From Gammaproteobacteria bacterium (lineage in GTDB: Bacteria > Pseudomonadota > Gammaproteobacteria > UWMA-0217): 64,000 bases of DNA. Each line of letters opens with the position of its first letter. Position 1 is the first letter of the stretch. The notes under the pieces are model-generated. The model saw nothing but the letters and a program-made list of their open reading frames with translations, did no database searches and was not told the DNA's origin. The DNA lies in contig JALSHZ010000063.1 in the NCBI GenBank assembly GCA_026981985.1, positions 2,069 through 66,068 of the forward strand, read 5' to 3'. The position numbers and the translations under genes were made by a program. Below, piece after piece: positions 34,549 to 46,269 of the stretch.

Positions 34549-35331
34549 ATGGCAAGAGTAACCATGCGCCAGATGCTGGAAGCTGGTGTTCACTTCGGAC
34601 ACCAGACGCGCTACTGGTGCCCCAAAATGGCCCCCTACATCTTTGGGTCCCGTAACAAGATTCACATCATCAACCTCGAAAAGACGTTGCCGATGTTCGA
34701 GGATGCACTGAACTATGTTGGCAAGCTGGCATCCAAGGGCGGCAATATCCTGATCGTTGGCACCAAGCGTTCGGCGCGTGAAGCGGTACACGCGCAAGCA
34801 AAGCGTTGTGGCATGCCTTATGTCGACCAGCGTTGGCTTGGTGGCATGCTGACCAACTTCAAGACTGTCAAGCAATCCATCAATCGGCTCAAGGAGCTGG
34901 AGGCGATGGAGAACGATGGCACTTTCGATCGCCTGAGCAAAAAGGAAGTGCTGATGCGTCGGCGCGAGCTGGCAAAGCTCGAGAAGACCCTGGGCGGCAT
35001 CAAGGATATGCGCACCATTCCGGATGCGATGTTTGTTCTCGATGTGGGTTACGAGCGGATCGCGATTTCCGAGGCCCAGAAGCTGGGTATCCCGATCGTT
35101 GCGGTCGTCGACACCAATAACTCTCCCGAAGGTATCGACTATGTGATCCCTGGCAATGACGATGCCATTCGCGCGATCCAGCTGTATGTCACAGCGATCG
35201 CCGATGCCATCATCGAAGGCAAGGCCGCAAGCGCCAATGCTGCTACTGCCCAGGCGCAACCGGTAGAAGCGGAAGCAGCCGCAGAGGCGGACAAAGCGCC
35301 GGCTTCTGACGAAGCAGCCTCAGAGGCCTGA
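34549..35331 (+). CDS. rpsB: 30S ribosomal protein S2
   Basis: [33 protein letters not shown]. Confidence 0.99.
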   Translation: MARVTMRQMLEAGVHFGHQTRYWCPKMAPYIFGSRNKIHIINLEKTLPMFEDALNYVGKLASKGGNILIVGTKRSAREAVHAQAKRCGMPYVDQRWLGGMLTNFKTVKQSINRLKELEAMENDGTFDRLSKKEVLMRRRELAKLEKTLGGIKDMRTIPDAMFVLDVGYERIAISEAQKLGIPIVAVVDTNNSPEGIDYVIPGNDDAIRAIQLYVTAIADAIIEGKAASANAATAQAQPVEAEAAAEADKAPASDEAASEA

Positions 35332-35414
35332 TCGAAACGATAGGATATGAGGGGCGCGGACTGCGCCTCTCCAATGATGTCTGAATACCTGAATTTAATT
35401 GGAGTTTTGTCAAA

Positions 35415-36296
35415 GTGAGCATAACAGCCGCAATGGTTAAGGATCTGCGCGAGCGTACTGGCGCGGGTATGATGGAATGCAAAAAGGCGCTGACGGAAGC
35501 GGATGGTGATATCGAAAAGGCCATCGAAGCAATGCGCAAATCCGGTGCTGCCAAGGCCGTGAAAAAAGCGGGCCGCGTGGCCGCCGAAGGGCAGGTCATC
35601 ATCAATATTTCCGATGACAAGAAAAATGCCGCAGTGGTCGAAGTCAACTGCGAAACCGACTTTGTAGGCAAGGATGAGAACTTTATCCGTTTTGCCGAGG
35701 AGCTTGGTGCCATTGCCTTGCGTGAAGCTGTAGAGGATGCAGCGGCACTGTCGGCAACCACCATGGCCAGTGGCCAGACGGTCGAAGAGGCGCGTCAGGA
35801 ACTGGTCTCCAAGATCGGTGAGAACATCCAGGTGCGCCGTGTCCAGAAAATGACGGCAAGCGAAGGCGAGTTTGGTTCCTATCGTCATGGTGTGCGCATT
35901 GGCGTCGTTGTCGAAGTAGCAGGTGGTGATGAAGCATTGGCACGGGATATCGCAATGCACATCGCCGCAATCAAGCCTGTCTGCGTCGACGAGTCGGAAG
36001 TGCCGGCGGATCTGCTGGAGAAGGAACGCGCGATTTTTGCTGCGCAAGCCAAGGAAAGCGGCAAGCCCGACAATATCGTCGAGAAGATGGTAAGCGGGCG
36101 GATGAAGAAATATCTCAAGGAAATTACGCTGTTGGGGCAGCCTTTCGTCAAGAACCCCGATCAGACCATCGAAGCCCTGCTGAAAGACGCTGACGCCAAG
36201 GTGTTGCAGTTCACGCGTATGGAAGTGGGCGAAGGTATCGAGAAAAAGCAGGAAGACTTCGCGGCTGAGGTCATGGCCCAGGTCAAGGGCGGCTGA
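35415..36296 (+). CDS. tsf: Elongation factor Ts
   Basis: [25 protein letters not shown]. Confidence 0.99.
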   Translation: MSITAAMVKDLRERTGAGMMECKKALTEADGDIEKAIEAMRKSGAAKAVKKAGRVAAEGQVIINISDDKKNAAVVEVNCETDFVGKDENFIRFAEELGAIALREAVEDAAALSATTMASGQTVEEARQELVSKIGENIQVRRVQKMTASEGEFGSYRHGVRIGVVVEVAGGDEALARDIAMHIAAIKPVCVDESEVPADLLEKERAIFAAQAKESGKPDNIVEKMVSGRMKKYLKEITLLGQPFVKNPDQTIEALLKDADAKVLQFTRMEVGEGIEKKQEDFAAEVMAQVKGG

Positions 36297-36380
36297 GGCA
36301 GTCGTGGGTTGCCCGGGACAGTGATTCTTGCAGGAATGCAACCAGAACCCGTTCTGGTTGTCCAACTGGGCGGGTAATGG

Positions 36381-36407
36381 AAAGGGACATGAGAGTGTCC
36401 CTTTTTT
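36381..36407 (+). terminator. Intrinsic terminator after tsf
   Basis: AAAGGGACAT-gaga-GTGTCCCTTTTTT. Confidence 0.75.
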
Positions 36408-36503
36408 GTGTACAGGCAGCGGGCTAACCGCTTCGCCATGATGTCCAATATCCGGCAGCCCGGCGGCTGTGCCGGAAATGAATTTCTGAGGAGTACGGAG
36501 TCC

Positions 36504-37232
36504 ATGACAGAAACTACAGGCCAACCCTACAAACGCATTCTTCTCAAGCTCAGTGGTGAGGCGCTGATGGGCGATTCCGACTACGGTATTGAGCCGGCGA
36601 TGATCGAACGAGTCGCAAAAGAGGTCGTGGAGCTTGCCGATATGGGCGTCCAGGTCGCCATGGTCGTTGGTGGCGGCAACATCTTTCGTGGTGCTGGTCT
36701 GGCCCAGGGCGGTATGGATCGGGTGACCGGGGATCACATGGGGATGTTAGCTACCGTGATCAATGCGCTGGCATTGCAAGATGCGGTGGAGCGCCAGGGT
36801 CGCCAGGTGCGGGTCATGTCGGCGCTATCAATTCATCAAGTCTGTGAGGACTATATTCGTCGTCGTGCAATTCGGCATTTGGAGAAAGGGCGCGTCGTCG
36901 TTTTCGCCGCAGGAACCGGCAACCCATATTTTACCACCGACTCAGCCGCCAGCCTGCGCGGTATCGAGATCAAGGCAGATGTGCTGTTGAAGGCGACCAA
37001 AGTCGATGGCGTATATAATGCCGATCCAGTGAAGGTCGCGAATGCGACCCGGTATGATAAGGTCACTTTCGACGAGGCGCTGGAGAAAAAGCTGGGCGTG
37101 ATGGATGCGACCGCTATCGTCATGTGTCGGGACAATGATCTGCCACTGCGGATATTCAATATCTACGATCCGGGCAATCTGGTACGGGTCGTCAAAGGCG
37201 AAGACATCGGAACGCTGGTATACAGAGGATAA
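36504..37232 (+). CDS. pyrH: UMP kinase
   Basis: [29 protein letters not shown]. Confidence 0.98.
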   Translation: MTETTGQPYKRILLKLSGEALMGDSDYGIEPAMIERVAKEVVELADMGVQVAMVVGGGNIFRGAGLAQGGMDRVTGDHMGMLATVINALALQDAVERQGRQVRVMSALSIHQVCEDYIRRRAIRHLEKGRVVVFAAGTGNPYFTTDSAASLRGIEIKADVLLKATKVDGVYNADPVKVANATRYDKVTFDEALEKKLGVMDATAIVMCRDNDLPLRIFNIYDPGNLVRVVKGEDIGTLVYRG

Positions 37233-37237
37233 CCACG

Positions 37238-37795
37238 ATGATTGATGAAATTCTGAAAGATGCCGAAGCGCGCATGAACAAGAGCATCGCAGCGCTGCAG
37301 AACGAACTGGCCAAGATCCGTACCGGGCGGGCTCACCCCAGCCTGCTGGATCACGTCACGGTCGACTACTACGGTTCGGAAGTCCCCATCAGCCAGGTCG
37401 CCAATGTCAATGTCGATGACCCACGCACGCTGGCGGTCACCCCCTGGGAAAAAGACATGGTCGGTAAGGTGGAAAAGGCGATTATGACTTCCGACCTCGG
37501 TCTGAACCCGGTGACGGCGGGAACCGTGATTCGGGTGCCCATGCCAGCGCTGACGGAAGAGCGTCGCCGCGATCTGGTCAAGGTGGTGCGTCAGGAGCTG
37601 GAAGCCGGCAAGGTTGCGGTGCGTAATATTCGACGCGATGCCAACAGTGACCTCAAGGAGTTGGAAAAAGAGAAAGAGATTTCCGAGGACGACGAACGGC
37701 GGGCCCAGGAGCAGGTACAGAAGCTGACTGACAAGGCCATCAAAGAGATGGAAGCGGTATTGGCGGTCAAGGAAAAGGAGCTGATGGAGATCTGA
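37238..37795 (+). CDS. frr: Ribosome recycling factor
   Basis: [31 protein letters not shown]. Confidence 0.98.
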   Translation: MIDEILKDAEARMNKSIAALQNELAKIRTGRAHPSLLDHVTVDYYGSEVPISQVANVNVDDPRTLAVTPWEKDMVGKVEKAIMTSDLGLNPVTAGTVIRVPMPALTEERRRDLVKVVRQELEAGKVAVRNIRRDANSDLKELEKEKEISEDDERRAQEQVQKLTDKAIKEMEAVLAVKEKELMEI

Positions 37796-37824
37796 CGTCA
37801 GTCAGGCGCCTTCGGGACAAAACA

Positions 37825-38550
37825 TTGCAAACAAGAATCCCCCGGCATGTTGCCATTATCATGGATGGAAACGGCAGATGGGCCAAGGCGCGCCATTTGC
37901 CGCGCACGGCTGGCCACAAGAAAGGGGTCGATGCCACGCGCAAGGCCGTCGAATATTGCTCGAATGCCGGCGTTGAGGTATTGACCGTATTCGCTTTCAG
38001 CAGTGAAAACTGGCGCCGCCCCGAGGGTGAAGTGTCGACGCTGATGGAGCTGTTCTTCTCCTCGTTACGCCGCGAGGCGAAACGGATGAAGGAGAAGGAT
38101 ATCCGTATGCGAATCATCGGTGATCGTTCCCGCTTTCCGGAAAAATTGCAGCAGGAGATGGCAGCAACCGAAGCGGTGACGGAACACTGTGGTGGCATGC
38201 TGTTCCAGATCGCAGCCAATTATGGTGGCCGTGCAGATCTGGTCTTCGCGATGCGTCAGCTCGGACAGGAACTGCTCGAGGGCAAGCTGACACTTGATGA
38301 CATCGATGACGAGGCCATTGCGGCTCACACCTTCACGGCGGGAATCCCTGATCCTGACCTGTTTATTCGCACCGGGGGAGAACAGCGCATTAGCAACTTT
38401 CTACTGTGGCAGATCGCTTACACCGAACTCTACTTTACCGATGTTCTCTGGCCCGATTTCGGTGCGCGCTGCCTCGATGAAGCGTTTGCCGATTTCGCCG
38501 CCCGGGAGCGTCGTTTTGGCAAAATCAGTGAGCAGGTGCGCCATGCTTAG
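37825..38550 (+). CDS. uppS: Undecaprenyl diphosphate synthase (start uncertain)
   Basis: HVAIIMDGNGRWA, FAFSSENWRRP, IRTGGEQRISNFLLWQ. Confidence 0.97.
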   Translation: MQTRIPRHVAIIMDGNGRWAKARHLPRTAGHKKGVDATRKAVEYCSNAGVEVLTVFAFSSENWRRPEGEVSTLMELFFSSLRREAKRMKEKDIRMRIIGDRSRFPEKLQQEMAATEAVTEHCGGMLFQIAANYGGRADLVFAMRQLGQELLEGKLTLDDIDDEAIAAHTFTAGIPDPDLFIRTGGEQRISNFLLWQIAYTELYFTDVLWPDFGARCLDEAFADFAARERRFGKISEQVRHA

Positions 38551-39370
38551 GCAACGGCTGGTATCTGGCGTATTGCTCGCGATTGTTCTCGTTAGTATTG
38601 TGTTGCTGGCACCGCATTCTGTGTTTGCCGCTGCCTTTGCCGTGCTGTTTGGCATCGGTGCAGTGGAGTGGGGGCGGCTGACGTCGCTGGACACACCGAT
38701 GGCTGAGACGGCCTTTTTAGCCGGTTTTGTCGCCGCGGTGGTGCTGCTCTGGTGGACGCGTGATGGCATGCTGACGCAATGGTGGATCGCCGTGGCGGCG
38801 TTGTTCTGGGTCGTGGTGTTTTTTGCACTGCGCCATTATCGCCAGGCGCTCGACCAAAGCCCCCGCTGGCAGCGTCCCTTGTCGGCGAGTGGTCTGCTGC
38901 TGCTGCCCGCGGCGTGGGCGGCGTTTGTCGCCTTGCACGAGATTCATCCCGGCTGGGTGCTCTATATCATGATGCTCTGTGGCTTGGCGGATTCCTTTGC
39001 CTTCCTGTTTGGCAAGATGTTTGGAAAAAACAAGCTGGCGCCTGAACTCAGCCCCGGCAAGACGATCGAGGGTGCAGCTGGCGGCTTGTTCAGCGTGCTG
39101 GTTTTCTCGCTACTGGCGGCGTTTTACTGGCAAGGATTTTCCGGCCTGCAGACCGTCGCCTTCGTTGCGTTGAGCCTGTTTGTTGGTTTGATCTCGATCG
39201 AGGGTGATCTGTTTGAAAGCCTGATCAAACGCGAGGCCGGAGAGAAAGACAGCGGCAGGATCCTGCCCGGTCATGGTGGTATTCTGGATCGCTTCGACAG
39301 CCATATCGCTGCGTCTCCGGTATTCTATCTCGGCCTCAACGGCGTGCTGGCCTGGACACAGAGATCCTGA
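38543..39370 (+). CDS. cdsA: Phosphatidate cytidylyltransferase
   Basis: [37 protein letters not shown]. Confidence 0.96.
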   Translation: MLRQRLVSGVLLAIVLVSIVLLAPHSVFAAAFAVLFGIGAVEWGRLTSLDTPMAETAFLAGFVAAVVLLWWTRDGMLTQWWIAVAALFWVVVFFALRHYRQALDQSPRWQRPLSASGLLLLPAAWAAFVALHEIHPGWVLYIMMLCGLADSFAFLFGKMFGKNKLAPELSPGKTIEGAAGGLFSVLVFSLLAAFYWQGFSGLQTVAFVALSLFVGLISIEGDLFESLIKREAGEKDSGRILPGHGGILDRFDSHIAASPVFYLGLNGVLAWTQRS

Positions 39371-39372
39371 CC

Positions 39373-40557
39373 ATGTCTCAGGGTATTACCATATTGGGTT
39401 CGACAGGAACGATCGGTGTCAACACGCTGGATGTGATCGAGCGTAACCCCGACCGTTTTCATGTGGTGGCGTTGACCGCCAACAACAACGTTGCATTGCT
39501 GCTGGAACAGACGATGCGCTGGCAGCCGCGTTGGGTTGCGCTGGCCGATGAAGAGAAGGCCGAGACGTTTAGCCGAGAGGTTCAGGCGCGCGGACTCGAC
39601 GTCGAGGTGCTTGGCGGACAAGAGGGGCTCTGTGAGGTGTGTCGGCTGGAAGAGGCTGATCAGGTGATGGCCGGCATCGTTGGCGCCGCTGGTCTGCCGC
39701 CGACGCTCGCAGCAGCCGAGGCAGGCAAGCGCGTTTTGCTCGCCAACAAAGAAGCACTGGTGATGTCCGGGGCGTTGTTCATGGATACCGTGCGCCGCCA
39801 CGGGGCGGAGCTGCTGCCAATCGATAGCGAGCACAACGCGGTATTTCAATGTCTGCCTGCCGACGGTTCGCAAGGGCTGCAGCAAAAGGGTGTGACCCGT
39901 ATTTTGCTGACCGCTTCCGGTGGGCCGTTTCGCCAAGCATCACCCAGCGAGCTTGCTCGGGTCACGCCCAAGCAAGCCTGTGCGCATCCCAACTGGGTGA
40001 TGGGGCGTAAGATTTCGGTTGATTCGGCGACCATGATGAACAAGGGGCTGGAGATCATCGAGGCCTGTTGGCTGTTCGATACCAGTGTTGACAATATCGA
40101 TGTGGTCATCCATCCGCAAAGCATCGTGCATTCGATGGTTGCCTATAGCGATGGTTCGGTACTGGCGCAAATGGGCAATCCCGACATGCGCACACCGATT
40201 GCGCATGCCATGGCTTGGCCGGAGCGTATCGGCTCGGGAGTCGAGCCGCTGGATCTTTACGCGGTCGCGAGGCTGGATTTCGAAATGCCAGATGTCGATC
40301 GGTTCCCGGCCCTGCGTCTGGCACGTGAGGCCTGTGCAGCGGCTGGTACAGCGACGACCGTACTCAATGCAGCCAATGAAGTGGCTGTCGAAGCCTTTCT
40401 CGATGGTCGCCTGCCGTTTACCGGTATCCCGGCGGTCATCGAGGACAGTCTCGAGAACATTCCAGTCGAGGAGGCCAGTAGCCTCGATGTCATTTACAAC
40501 ATCGATGCATTGACCCGTAAGCATGCCAGCGCCTTTGTCGCTGCGGGGGGAGTCTGA
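39373..40557 (+). CDS. dxr: 1-deoxy-D-xylulose 5-phosphate reductoisomerase
   Basis: [47 protein letters not shown]. Confidence 0.98.
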   Translation: MSQGITILGSTGTIGVNTLDVIERNPDRFHVVALTANNNVALLLEQTMRWQPRWVALADEEKAETFSREVQARGLDVEVLGGQEGLCEVCRLEEADQVMAGIVGAAGLPPTLAAAEAGKRVLLANKEALVMSGALFMDTVRRHGAELLPIDSEHNAVFQCLPADGSQGLQQKGVTRILLTASGGPFRQASPSELARVTPKQACAHPNWVMGRKISVDSATMMNKGLEIIEACWLFDTSVDNIDVVIHPQSIVHSMVAYSDGSVLAQMGNPDMRTPIAHAMAWPERIGSGVEPLDLYAVARLDFEMPDVDRFPALRLAREACAAAGTATTVLNAANEVAVEAFLDGRLPFTGIPAVIEDSLENIPVEEASSLDVIYNIDALTRKHASAFVAAGGV

Positions 40558-40558
40558 T

Positions 40559-41920
40559 ATGGGGTTTCTGACCAGTTTGATCGCATTTATCGTCGCCATC
40601 GGCATCCTGGTGGCGATACACGAGTTCGGCCACTACTGGGTGGCAAGGAAGATGGGCGTCAAGGTGCTGCGCTTCTCGGTCGGTTTCGGCGCGCCGCTGT
40701 GGCGCAAGGTCGCTGGTGCCGATCAGACGGAATACGTTATCGGCGCTATTCCCCTGGGCGGTTACGTCAAGATGCTCGATGAACGAGAGGGGGAGGTGCC
40801 AGAGGCCGAGCGGGATCGCGCCTTCAATCGCCAGAGCGTCGGCAAGCGCATCGCCATCGTTGCCGCTGGGCCGGTGTTCAACTTTCTGTTTGCAATTGCT
40901 GCCTACATGCTGATGTTCATGGTTGGCGTCACTGGGCTCAAACCGGAGATCGGCGAAGTGCTGCCCGAATCGCCAGCCGCCCATGCGGGTATCGAAACCG
41001 GTTGGACTATTGCTGCGGTAGATGGCAAGCAAACGCCCACCTGGGAAAATGCCGCGCTGGCGATCATCAACAAGGCAATGGACAAGGGGGTGGTTACGCT
41101 GACGCTGGTCGATGACGATGGCGCTACCCTGTCACGTACGCTGGATCTTGCTGACAGCAGAGAGTTGTTTGCCGATGGTGAAATTCTGGAGAACATCGGC
41201 ATTCGCCCTTGGAGACCGCAGGTGCCCGCAGTGTTGGGCCGTCTGGTCGAGGGTGGGCCGGGTGCCAGCGCCGGGTTGCAGGCGGGAGACCGGGTGATCG
41301 GCATTGCTGGTAAGCCTGTGGCGGTCTGGCAAGACCTGGTGGCGGCGGTGCGGTCCCGTCCGGGTGAAAGGGTCGAATTTGAGGTGGAGCGCGACGGTTC
41401 GCGGCTGGCGTTTGCGGTGCAACTGGAAGCGGTCGACGAGGGCAAGCTCAGTATCGGGCGGGTCGGCGCCATCCCTCAGGTCGACGAAAAGCTGCTGGCC
41501 GCACATCGCGTCGAGGTACGTTACAACCCGTTGACTGCGTTCATTCAGGGCGTGAAGCGAACCTGGGACATGTCGATTCTCACATTGCGTTTTATGGGCA
41601 AGATGCTGACTGGGCAGGCTTCGCTGGATAACGTCAGCGGGCCGATTACCATCGCCCAGTACGCAGGGGTGTCCGCACTCATTGGCGTCTCGGCATTTCT
41701 TGGCTTTCTCGGCATTGTCAGCGTCAGCCTCGGTGTGCTCAATCTGCTGCCGATACCGGTGCTCGATGGTGGCCATTTGCTGTTCTATTTGATCGAGGCA
41801 GTGAAAGGCTCACCGCTTTCCGAGACTGCTGAGGCGATTGGTCAGCGCATCGGTCTGGGCTTGCTGGCGATGCTGATGGGGCTCGCATTTTTCAATGATT
41901 TCAATAGGTTGTTTGGTTAA
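40559..41920 (+). CDS. rseP: RIP metalloprotease RseP
   Basis: HEFGH, two PDZ domains, NLLPIPVLDGGH. Confidence 0.97.
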   Translation: MGFLTSLIAFIVAIGILVAIHEFGHYWVARKMGVKVLRFSVGFGAPLWRKVAGADQTEYVIGAIPLGGYVKMLDEREGEVPEAERDRAFNRQSVGKRIAIVAAGPVFNFLFAIAAYMLMFMVGVTGLKPEIGEVLPESPAAHAGIETGWTIAAVDGKQTPTWENAALAIINKAMDKGVVTLTLVDDDGATLSRTLDLADSRELFADGEILENIGIRPWRPQVPAVLGRLVEGGPGASAGLQAGDRVIGIAGKPVAVWQDLVAAVRSRPGERVEFEVERDGSRLAFAVQLEAVDEGKLSIGRVGAIPQVDEKLLAAHRVEVRYNPLTAFIQGVKRTWDMSILTLRFMGKMLTGQASLDNVSGPITIAQYAGVSALIGVSAFLGFLGIVSVSLGVLNLLPIPVLDGGHLLFYLIEAVKGSPLSETAEAIGQRIGLGLLAMLMGLAFFNDFNRLFG

Positions 41921-44208
41921 TGTCGATACGTCTCACGGCTTTGTTGCTGTTGCTGGTGGTTAGCTGCGGCAGTTTGTATGCGGCAGATGCGCGCAAGGTA
42001 GAGGATATCCGTATCGTCGGCCTGGAGCGGGTATCGAAAGGTGCAGTATTCGCCCATTTACCAGTCGATGTCGGTGATCGGGTAAAGCCCGGTATCGAAA
42101 CATCGCGGATCATCAAATCCCTCTACAAGAGCGGTTTCTTCGACGACATCAAGCTTGGCTTCGATGGCAATACCCTGGTGATCAAGGTGCGCGAGCGCCC
42201 CGCCATTGCCAATATCACGATCGAAGGCAACAAGAGCATCGATACCGAGACGCTGCAAGAGGCACTGCGCAAGGCGGGGATCGACAAAGGGCGTGTCTTC
42301 AATCGTTCTGTTCTCGACAGTATAGAGCGTGAGCTGCGTGAGCAGTATCTGGCGCAGGGTAAATACAACGTCAAGATCGCGTCAAAGGAGAAGCCGCTGG
42401 ACGGCAACCGTGTCGATCTGGCCATCGACATTTCCGAAGGCGTCGTGACACGCATCCGGCGAGTCGAAATTCTCGGTAACGAACACTTCAGCGACGAGGA
42501 GTTGCTGAAGAACTTCAATTCCGGCGTACCGTCATGGTGGGCGTTTCTCAGCTCCAAAGACAAGTATGCGAAACAGAAGCTGGAAGCTGACCTGGAGATA
42601 CTGCGCGCGTTCTACATGGATCGTGGCTATCTCAACTTCAATATCGATTCGACACAGGTGACATTGACGCCCGACAAGAAAGATCTCTATATCACCATCA
42701 ACGTCAGTGAGGGAGAGCGCTATACCGTGCGTGATGTGGAGATCAAGGGCAAGACGGCAGGCAAGGCGAGCGAACTCGCCGATGCGGTCAAGGTGACGGA
42801 AGGCGAGACGTTTTCGCGGGCCAAGATTGCTGATTCGATTCGCGAGATGAAAGATGACCTTGGCAGCGAGGGATTCGCCTTTGCCGATATCAACGTGCTG
42901 CCCCGAATTGATGAAGAGAACAATAGCGTCGAGCTGGATTTCATCGTTGATCCTGGCAAACGCGTCTATGTACGCAAGATCATGTTTTTTGGCAATTCGA
43001 AAACACGGGATGAGGTGTTCCGCCGGGAGATGCGGCAGCTTGAAGGCAGCTGGTACTCGTCGACGAAGATCAAGCGATCACGCGTACGCATCCAGCGTCT
43101 GCCATTTGTCGAAACCGTGAATATCGAACGCAAGCGTGTGCCGGGCAGGGATGATCTCGTTGATCTGGAGGTGACGGTGACCGAGCGGCTGGCGGGCAGC
43201 TTTTCCGCCGGCATGGGCTATTCCCAGGCTGAGGGCCTGCTCATCAATCTGGCGTTCAGTCAGGAAAATGCTTTTGGCTCCGGCAAGCGGTTGTCGGTCA
43301 ATTTCAACAATAGCTCATCAAACACTATTTACAGCGTTTCCTATACCAATCCCTACTATACGATCGACGGCATTTCGCGCGGCTTCAATGCTTTCTATCG
43401 CAAGACCGATGCTGGCAAGCTCGACGTCGTCGACTACATTGCCGATCGCTGGGGACTCGGCATGAGTTATGGTATTCCGCTGACAGAATACGATGGCCTG
43501 CGTTTGAGCCTCAACTATGAAAATATCGTGATCAAGACCAGCGATCGCTCTCCTGCTGAAATCAAGGATTTCGTCGATGTAAACGGCGACAAGTACGATG
43601 AATACACGCTCAATGCCACCTTCACCCACGACACAAGGGATCGCACGGTATTTGCGTCAGACGGAAATCTTCAGCGCCTGCGCCTGGAAGTGGCCGCGCC
43701 AGGATCCGACCTCGACTACTACAAACTCAGCTATCGCAATGTGTTGCTGTTCCCGTTCGGCGAGCGCTTCACACTTCAGGGGATGATGGATCTGGCCTAT
43801 GGTGACAGCTACAACGAAACCACCGACCTGCCATTTTTCGAGAAGTATTATGCGGGCGGAATACGTTCTGTGCGCGGTTATCGCGCCAACAGCCTTGGCC
43901 CGCGTTCGGTTTCGACAGACGACCCGTTCGGTGGCAATTTCAGAACGTTGGCGAGTCTGGAGTTCTTTTTCCCCGCGCCCTTCGCCAAGGACAATCGATC
44001 GGTACGGATGGGGGCATTTGTCGATGCCGGCAATGTGTTCACCGACTATGATGATTTCGATGAGAATGAGCTGAGACTGTCGGCAGGTATGTCGTTTGAA
44101 TGGCTGTCACCGGTCGGGCCGCTGGTGTTCAGTCTGGCTGATGCGCTGAACGATGAGGATGGGGATTCTACACAGCAGTTTCAGTTCAGTATTGGGGCAT
44201 CTTTTTGA
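41920..44208 (+). CDS. bamA: Outer membrane protein assembly factor BamA
   Basis: POTRA repeats, VRGY motif, C-terminal FQFSIGASF. Confidence 0.97.
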   Translation: MSIRLTALLLLLVVSCGSLYAADARKVEDIRIVGLERVSKGAVFAHLPVDVGDRVKPGIETSRIIKSLYKSGFFDDIKLGFDGNTLVIKVRERPAIANITIEGNKSIDTETLQEALRKAGIDKGRVFNRSVLDSIERELREQYLAQGKYNVKIASKEKPLDGNRVDLAIDISEGVVTRIRRVEILGNEHFSDEELLKNFNSGVPSWWAFLSSKDKYAKQKLEADLEILRAFYMDRGYLNFNIDSTQVTLTPDKKDLYITINVSEGERYTVRDVEIKGKTAGKASELADAVKVTEGETFSRAKIADSIREMKDDLGSEGFAFADINVLPRIDEENNSVELDFIVDPGKRVYVRKIMFFGNSKTRDEVFRREMRQLEGSWYSSTKIKRSRVRIQRLPFVETVNIERKRVPGRDDLVDLEVTVTERLAGSFSAGMGYSQAEGLLINLAFSQENAFGSGKRLSVNFNNSSSNTIYSVSYTNPYYTIDGISRGFNAFYRKTDAGKLDVVDYIADRWGLGMSYGIPLTEYDGLRLSLNYENIVIKTSDRSPAEIKDFVDVNGDKYDEYTLNATFTHDTRDRTVFASDGNLQRLRLEVAAPGSDLDYYKLSYRNVLLFPFGERFTLQGMMDLAYGDSYNETTDLPFFEKYYAGGIRSVRGYRANSLGPRSVSTDDPFGGNFRTLASLEFFFPAPFAKDNRSVRMGAFVDAGNVFTDYDDFDENELRLSAGMSFEWLSPVGPLVFSLADALNDEDGDSTQQFQFSIGASF

Positions 44209-44250
44209 CAGTTGCTATTACTGTCAGTTGAAATTCAGGAGAAGTTGATA

Positions 44251-44766
44251 ATGAAAACCAAGCTGTTTGCGTCGCTGCTATTGGCAGTGATCATGTCTGT
44301 GGCTGCCAGCGTGGCACAAGCTGAAACAAAGATCGGCGCGGTCAGCATGGCGCGCTTGATGGAATCGGCACCTCAGGTCAAGCGTGCCAGTGAAAAGATC
44401 AAGGCCGAATTCGCCGAGCGCGAAAAGCAGCTGATCGAAGAGCAGGAGGAGATCAAGAAGCTGCAAGAAAATTATCGACGGGATCGTGAAGTGATGTCGG
44501 CGACCGAGCGGGAAAAGGCAGAAAACACCTTGCGCGAACGGGTGCGGGAATTCAAGCGCAAGTCCGATGCGTTTGCTGCTGATTTCAGTGAGGCGCGCAA
44601 TCAGGCGTTGGGTGGTTTGCAGAGCGATATCTACAAGGCTATTGTCGATATCGCTGAAGCTGAACACTATGATTTGATTGTCAGCGAAAGCGTGCTTTAC
44701 GTGAGTAAGCGCATCGATATTACCGACAAGGTGATTGCCCGCCTGCAAAAGCAAACGGCCAAGTAA
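44251..44766 (+). CDS. skp: Periplasmic chaperone Skp/OmpH
   Basis: Signal peptide, long coiled coil, YDLIV...DITDKV; between bamA and lpxD. Confidence 0.92.
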   Translation: MKTKLFASLLLAVIMSVAASVAQAETKIGAVSMARLMESAPQVKRASEKIKAEFAEREKQLIEEQEEIKKLQENYRRDREVMSATEREKAENTLRERVREFKRKSDAFAADFSEARNQALGGLQSDIYKAIVDIAEAEHYDLIVSESVLYVSKRIDITDKVIARLQKQTAK

Positions 44767-44771
44767 CGCGC

Positions 44772-45806
44772 GTGAAGTTTACTGCTGCTCAGCTCGCTGA
44801 ACGATTACAGTTCGACCTGCAGGGTGATGGTGACGTCATGCTGGAAGGCGTCAATGATCTGCGCAAGGCATCACCGGGTGAGCTGAGTTTTCTTGCATCG
44901 GCAAAGTATTTGCCATTCCTGAGGGATACGGCAGCTTCAGCGGTGATCATGAGGACAGCGCAGCTGGCGGATTGTCCGCCGGGTGTAACAGCGCTGATCA
45001 CCAGCGACCCCTATCTCGGCTATGCACGGGCGGCGCAGTTGTTGTACCCGCCACGGCGCTATGCGCCGGGCATTCATGCTTCTGCTGTGGTTGATGCGAG
45101 CGCTAGCGTTGACGAGTCGGTACATATCGGTGCGCACTGCTATATCGGCGCCGGTGTGGCGCTGGAACACAGCGTCGTCGTGCTGCCTGGTTGTGTCATC
45201 GAGGATGGCGTGCGCATTGGTGCTGGCACAGTTTTGGAACCGAATGTTACCTTGATGTCAAATGTCGTCGTCGGCGAAGGTTGTCTGTTGCACTCGGGCG
45301 CAGTTATCGGAGGGGATGGCTTCGGTTTTGCCAATGATCAGGGTGAGTGGGTCAAGATTCCGCAGCTCGGTGGTGTGAGAATTGGCAATGATGTCGAGAT
45401 CGGCGCCAATACCACGATCGATCGCGGTGCGCTCGAGGATACTGTAATATCCGATGGGGTTAAGCTCGATAACCTTATTCAGATTGCCCACAACGTCAGA
45501 ATCGGGCGTGATACCGCCATTGCCGGATGTACCGGTATCGCGGGTAGCACGGTGGTTGGTGAACGCTGTGCGATTGGGGGCGGTGTTGGTATAACGGGCC
45601 ACATAGAGATCGCCGATGGGGTGATGGTGACCGGACGCAGCTTCGTCGCACAGAGTATTCCCGAAGCGGGAAGCTATTCCTCTGAGACGCCGCTGCAACC
45701 TACGGGGAAATGGCGCCGCAACTATCTGCGCTATCGCGAGCTGGACGATATTGCGCGACGTCTGAAAAAACTGGAAGGAAAATTGCAGGAAGCCGATGAC
45801 GAATAG
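44772..45806 (+). CDS. lpxD: UDP-3-O-acylglucosamine N-acyltransferase
   Basis: Hexapeptide repeats; GDGFGF, KIPQLG, TTIDRGA, KLDNLIQIAHN. Confidence 0.97.
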   Translation: MKFTAAQLAERLQFDLQGDGDVMLEGVNDLRKASPGELSFLASAKYLPFLRDTAASAVIMRTAQLADCPPGVTALITSDPYLGYARAAQLLYPPRRYAPGIHASAVVDASASVDESVHIGAHCYIGAGVALEHSVVVLPGCVIEDGVRIGAGTVLEPNVTLMSNVVVGEGCLLHSGAVIGGDGFGFANDQGEWVKIPQLGGVRIGNDVEIGANTTIDRGALEDTVISDGVKLDNLIQIAHNVRIGRDTAIAGCTGIAGSTVVGERCAIGGGVGITGHIEIADGVMVTGRSFVAQSIPEAGSYSSETPLQPTGKWRRNYLRYRELDDIARRLKKLEGKLQEADDE

Positions 45807-46269
45807 TGTCGAAGAATATACTGGAATGACGATTGCGGAAATCATGGCTTACCTGCCACACCGATTTCCAATGCTGCTGGTTGATCGGGTTGTCGAGTTT
45901 ACGCCGGGTGAGTCACTGACCGCGCTGAAGAACGTCACTGTCAATGAGCCATTTTTTCAGGGACATTTCCCGCAAGAGCCAATCTTTCCGGGCGTACTGA
46001 TCATAGAAGCGCTGGCACAGGCCTGTGGCGTATACGACTACGCCTGCCGGGCTGCTGCTGGCGAGTCGACGGATTTCGTGTTTCTGCTGGTATCCATCGA
46101 CAATGTGCGTTTCCGTCAGCAGGTGGTTCCGGGCGATCAACTGATCCTGTCGATTAATCCCCTGTCGAAAAAACGCAATATGATCAAAGTGGAGGCCATA
46201 GCCTCGGTGGATGGAAAAACCGTTGCTTCGGCTGTGCTGATGTGCGCGAAGAAGGAGACTCCGGCTTGA
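45796..46269 (+). CDS. fabZ: 3-hydroxyacyl-ACP dehydratase
   Basis: LPHRFPMLLVDRV, NEPFFQGHFP, PGVLIIEALAQ. Confidence 0.97.
   Translation: MTNSVEEYTGMTIAEIMAYLPHRFPMLLVDRVVEFTPGESLTALKNVTVNEPFFQGHFPQEPIFPGVLIIEALAQACGVYDYACRAAAGESTDFVFLLVSIDNVRFRQQVVPGDQLILSINPLSKKRNMIKVEAIASVDGKTVASAVLMCAKKETPA

Noticed and set aside
35139-36737. 532-aa antisense ORF over rpsB/tsf/pyrH, and similar long antisense ORFs (1509-2492, 13180-14448, 28569-29525)
   Set aside because: Shadow frames of highly biased genes in GC-rich DNA, with no recognisable motifs
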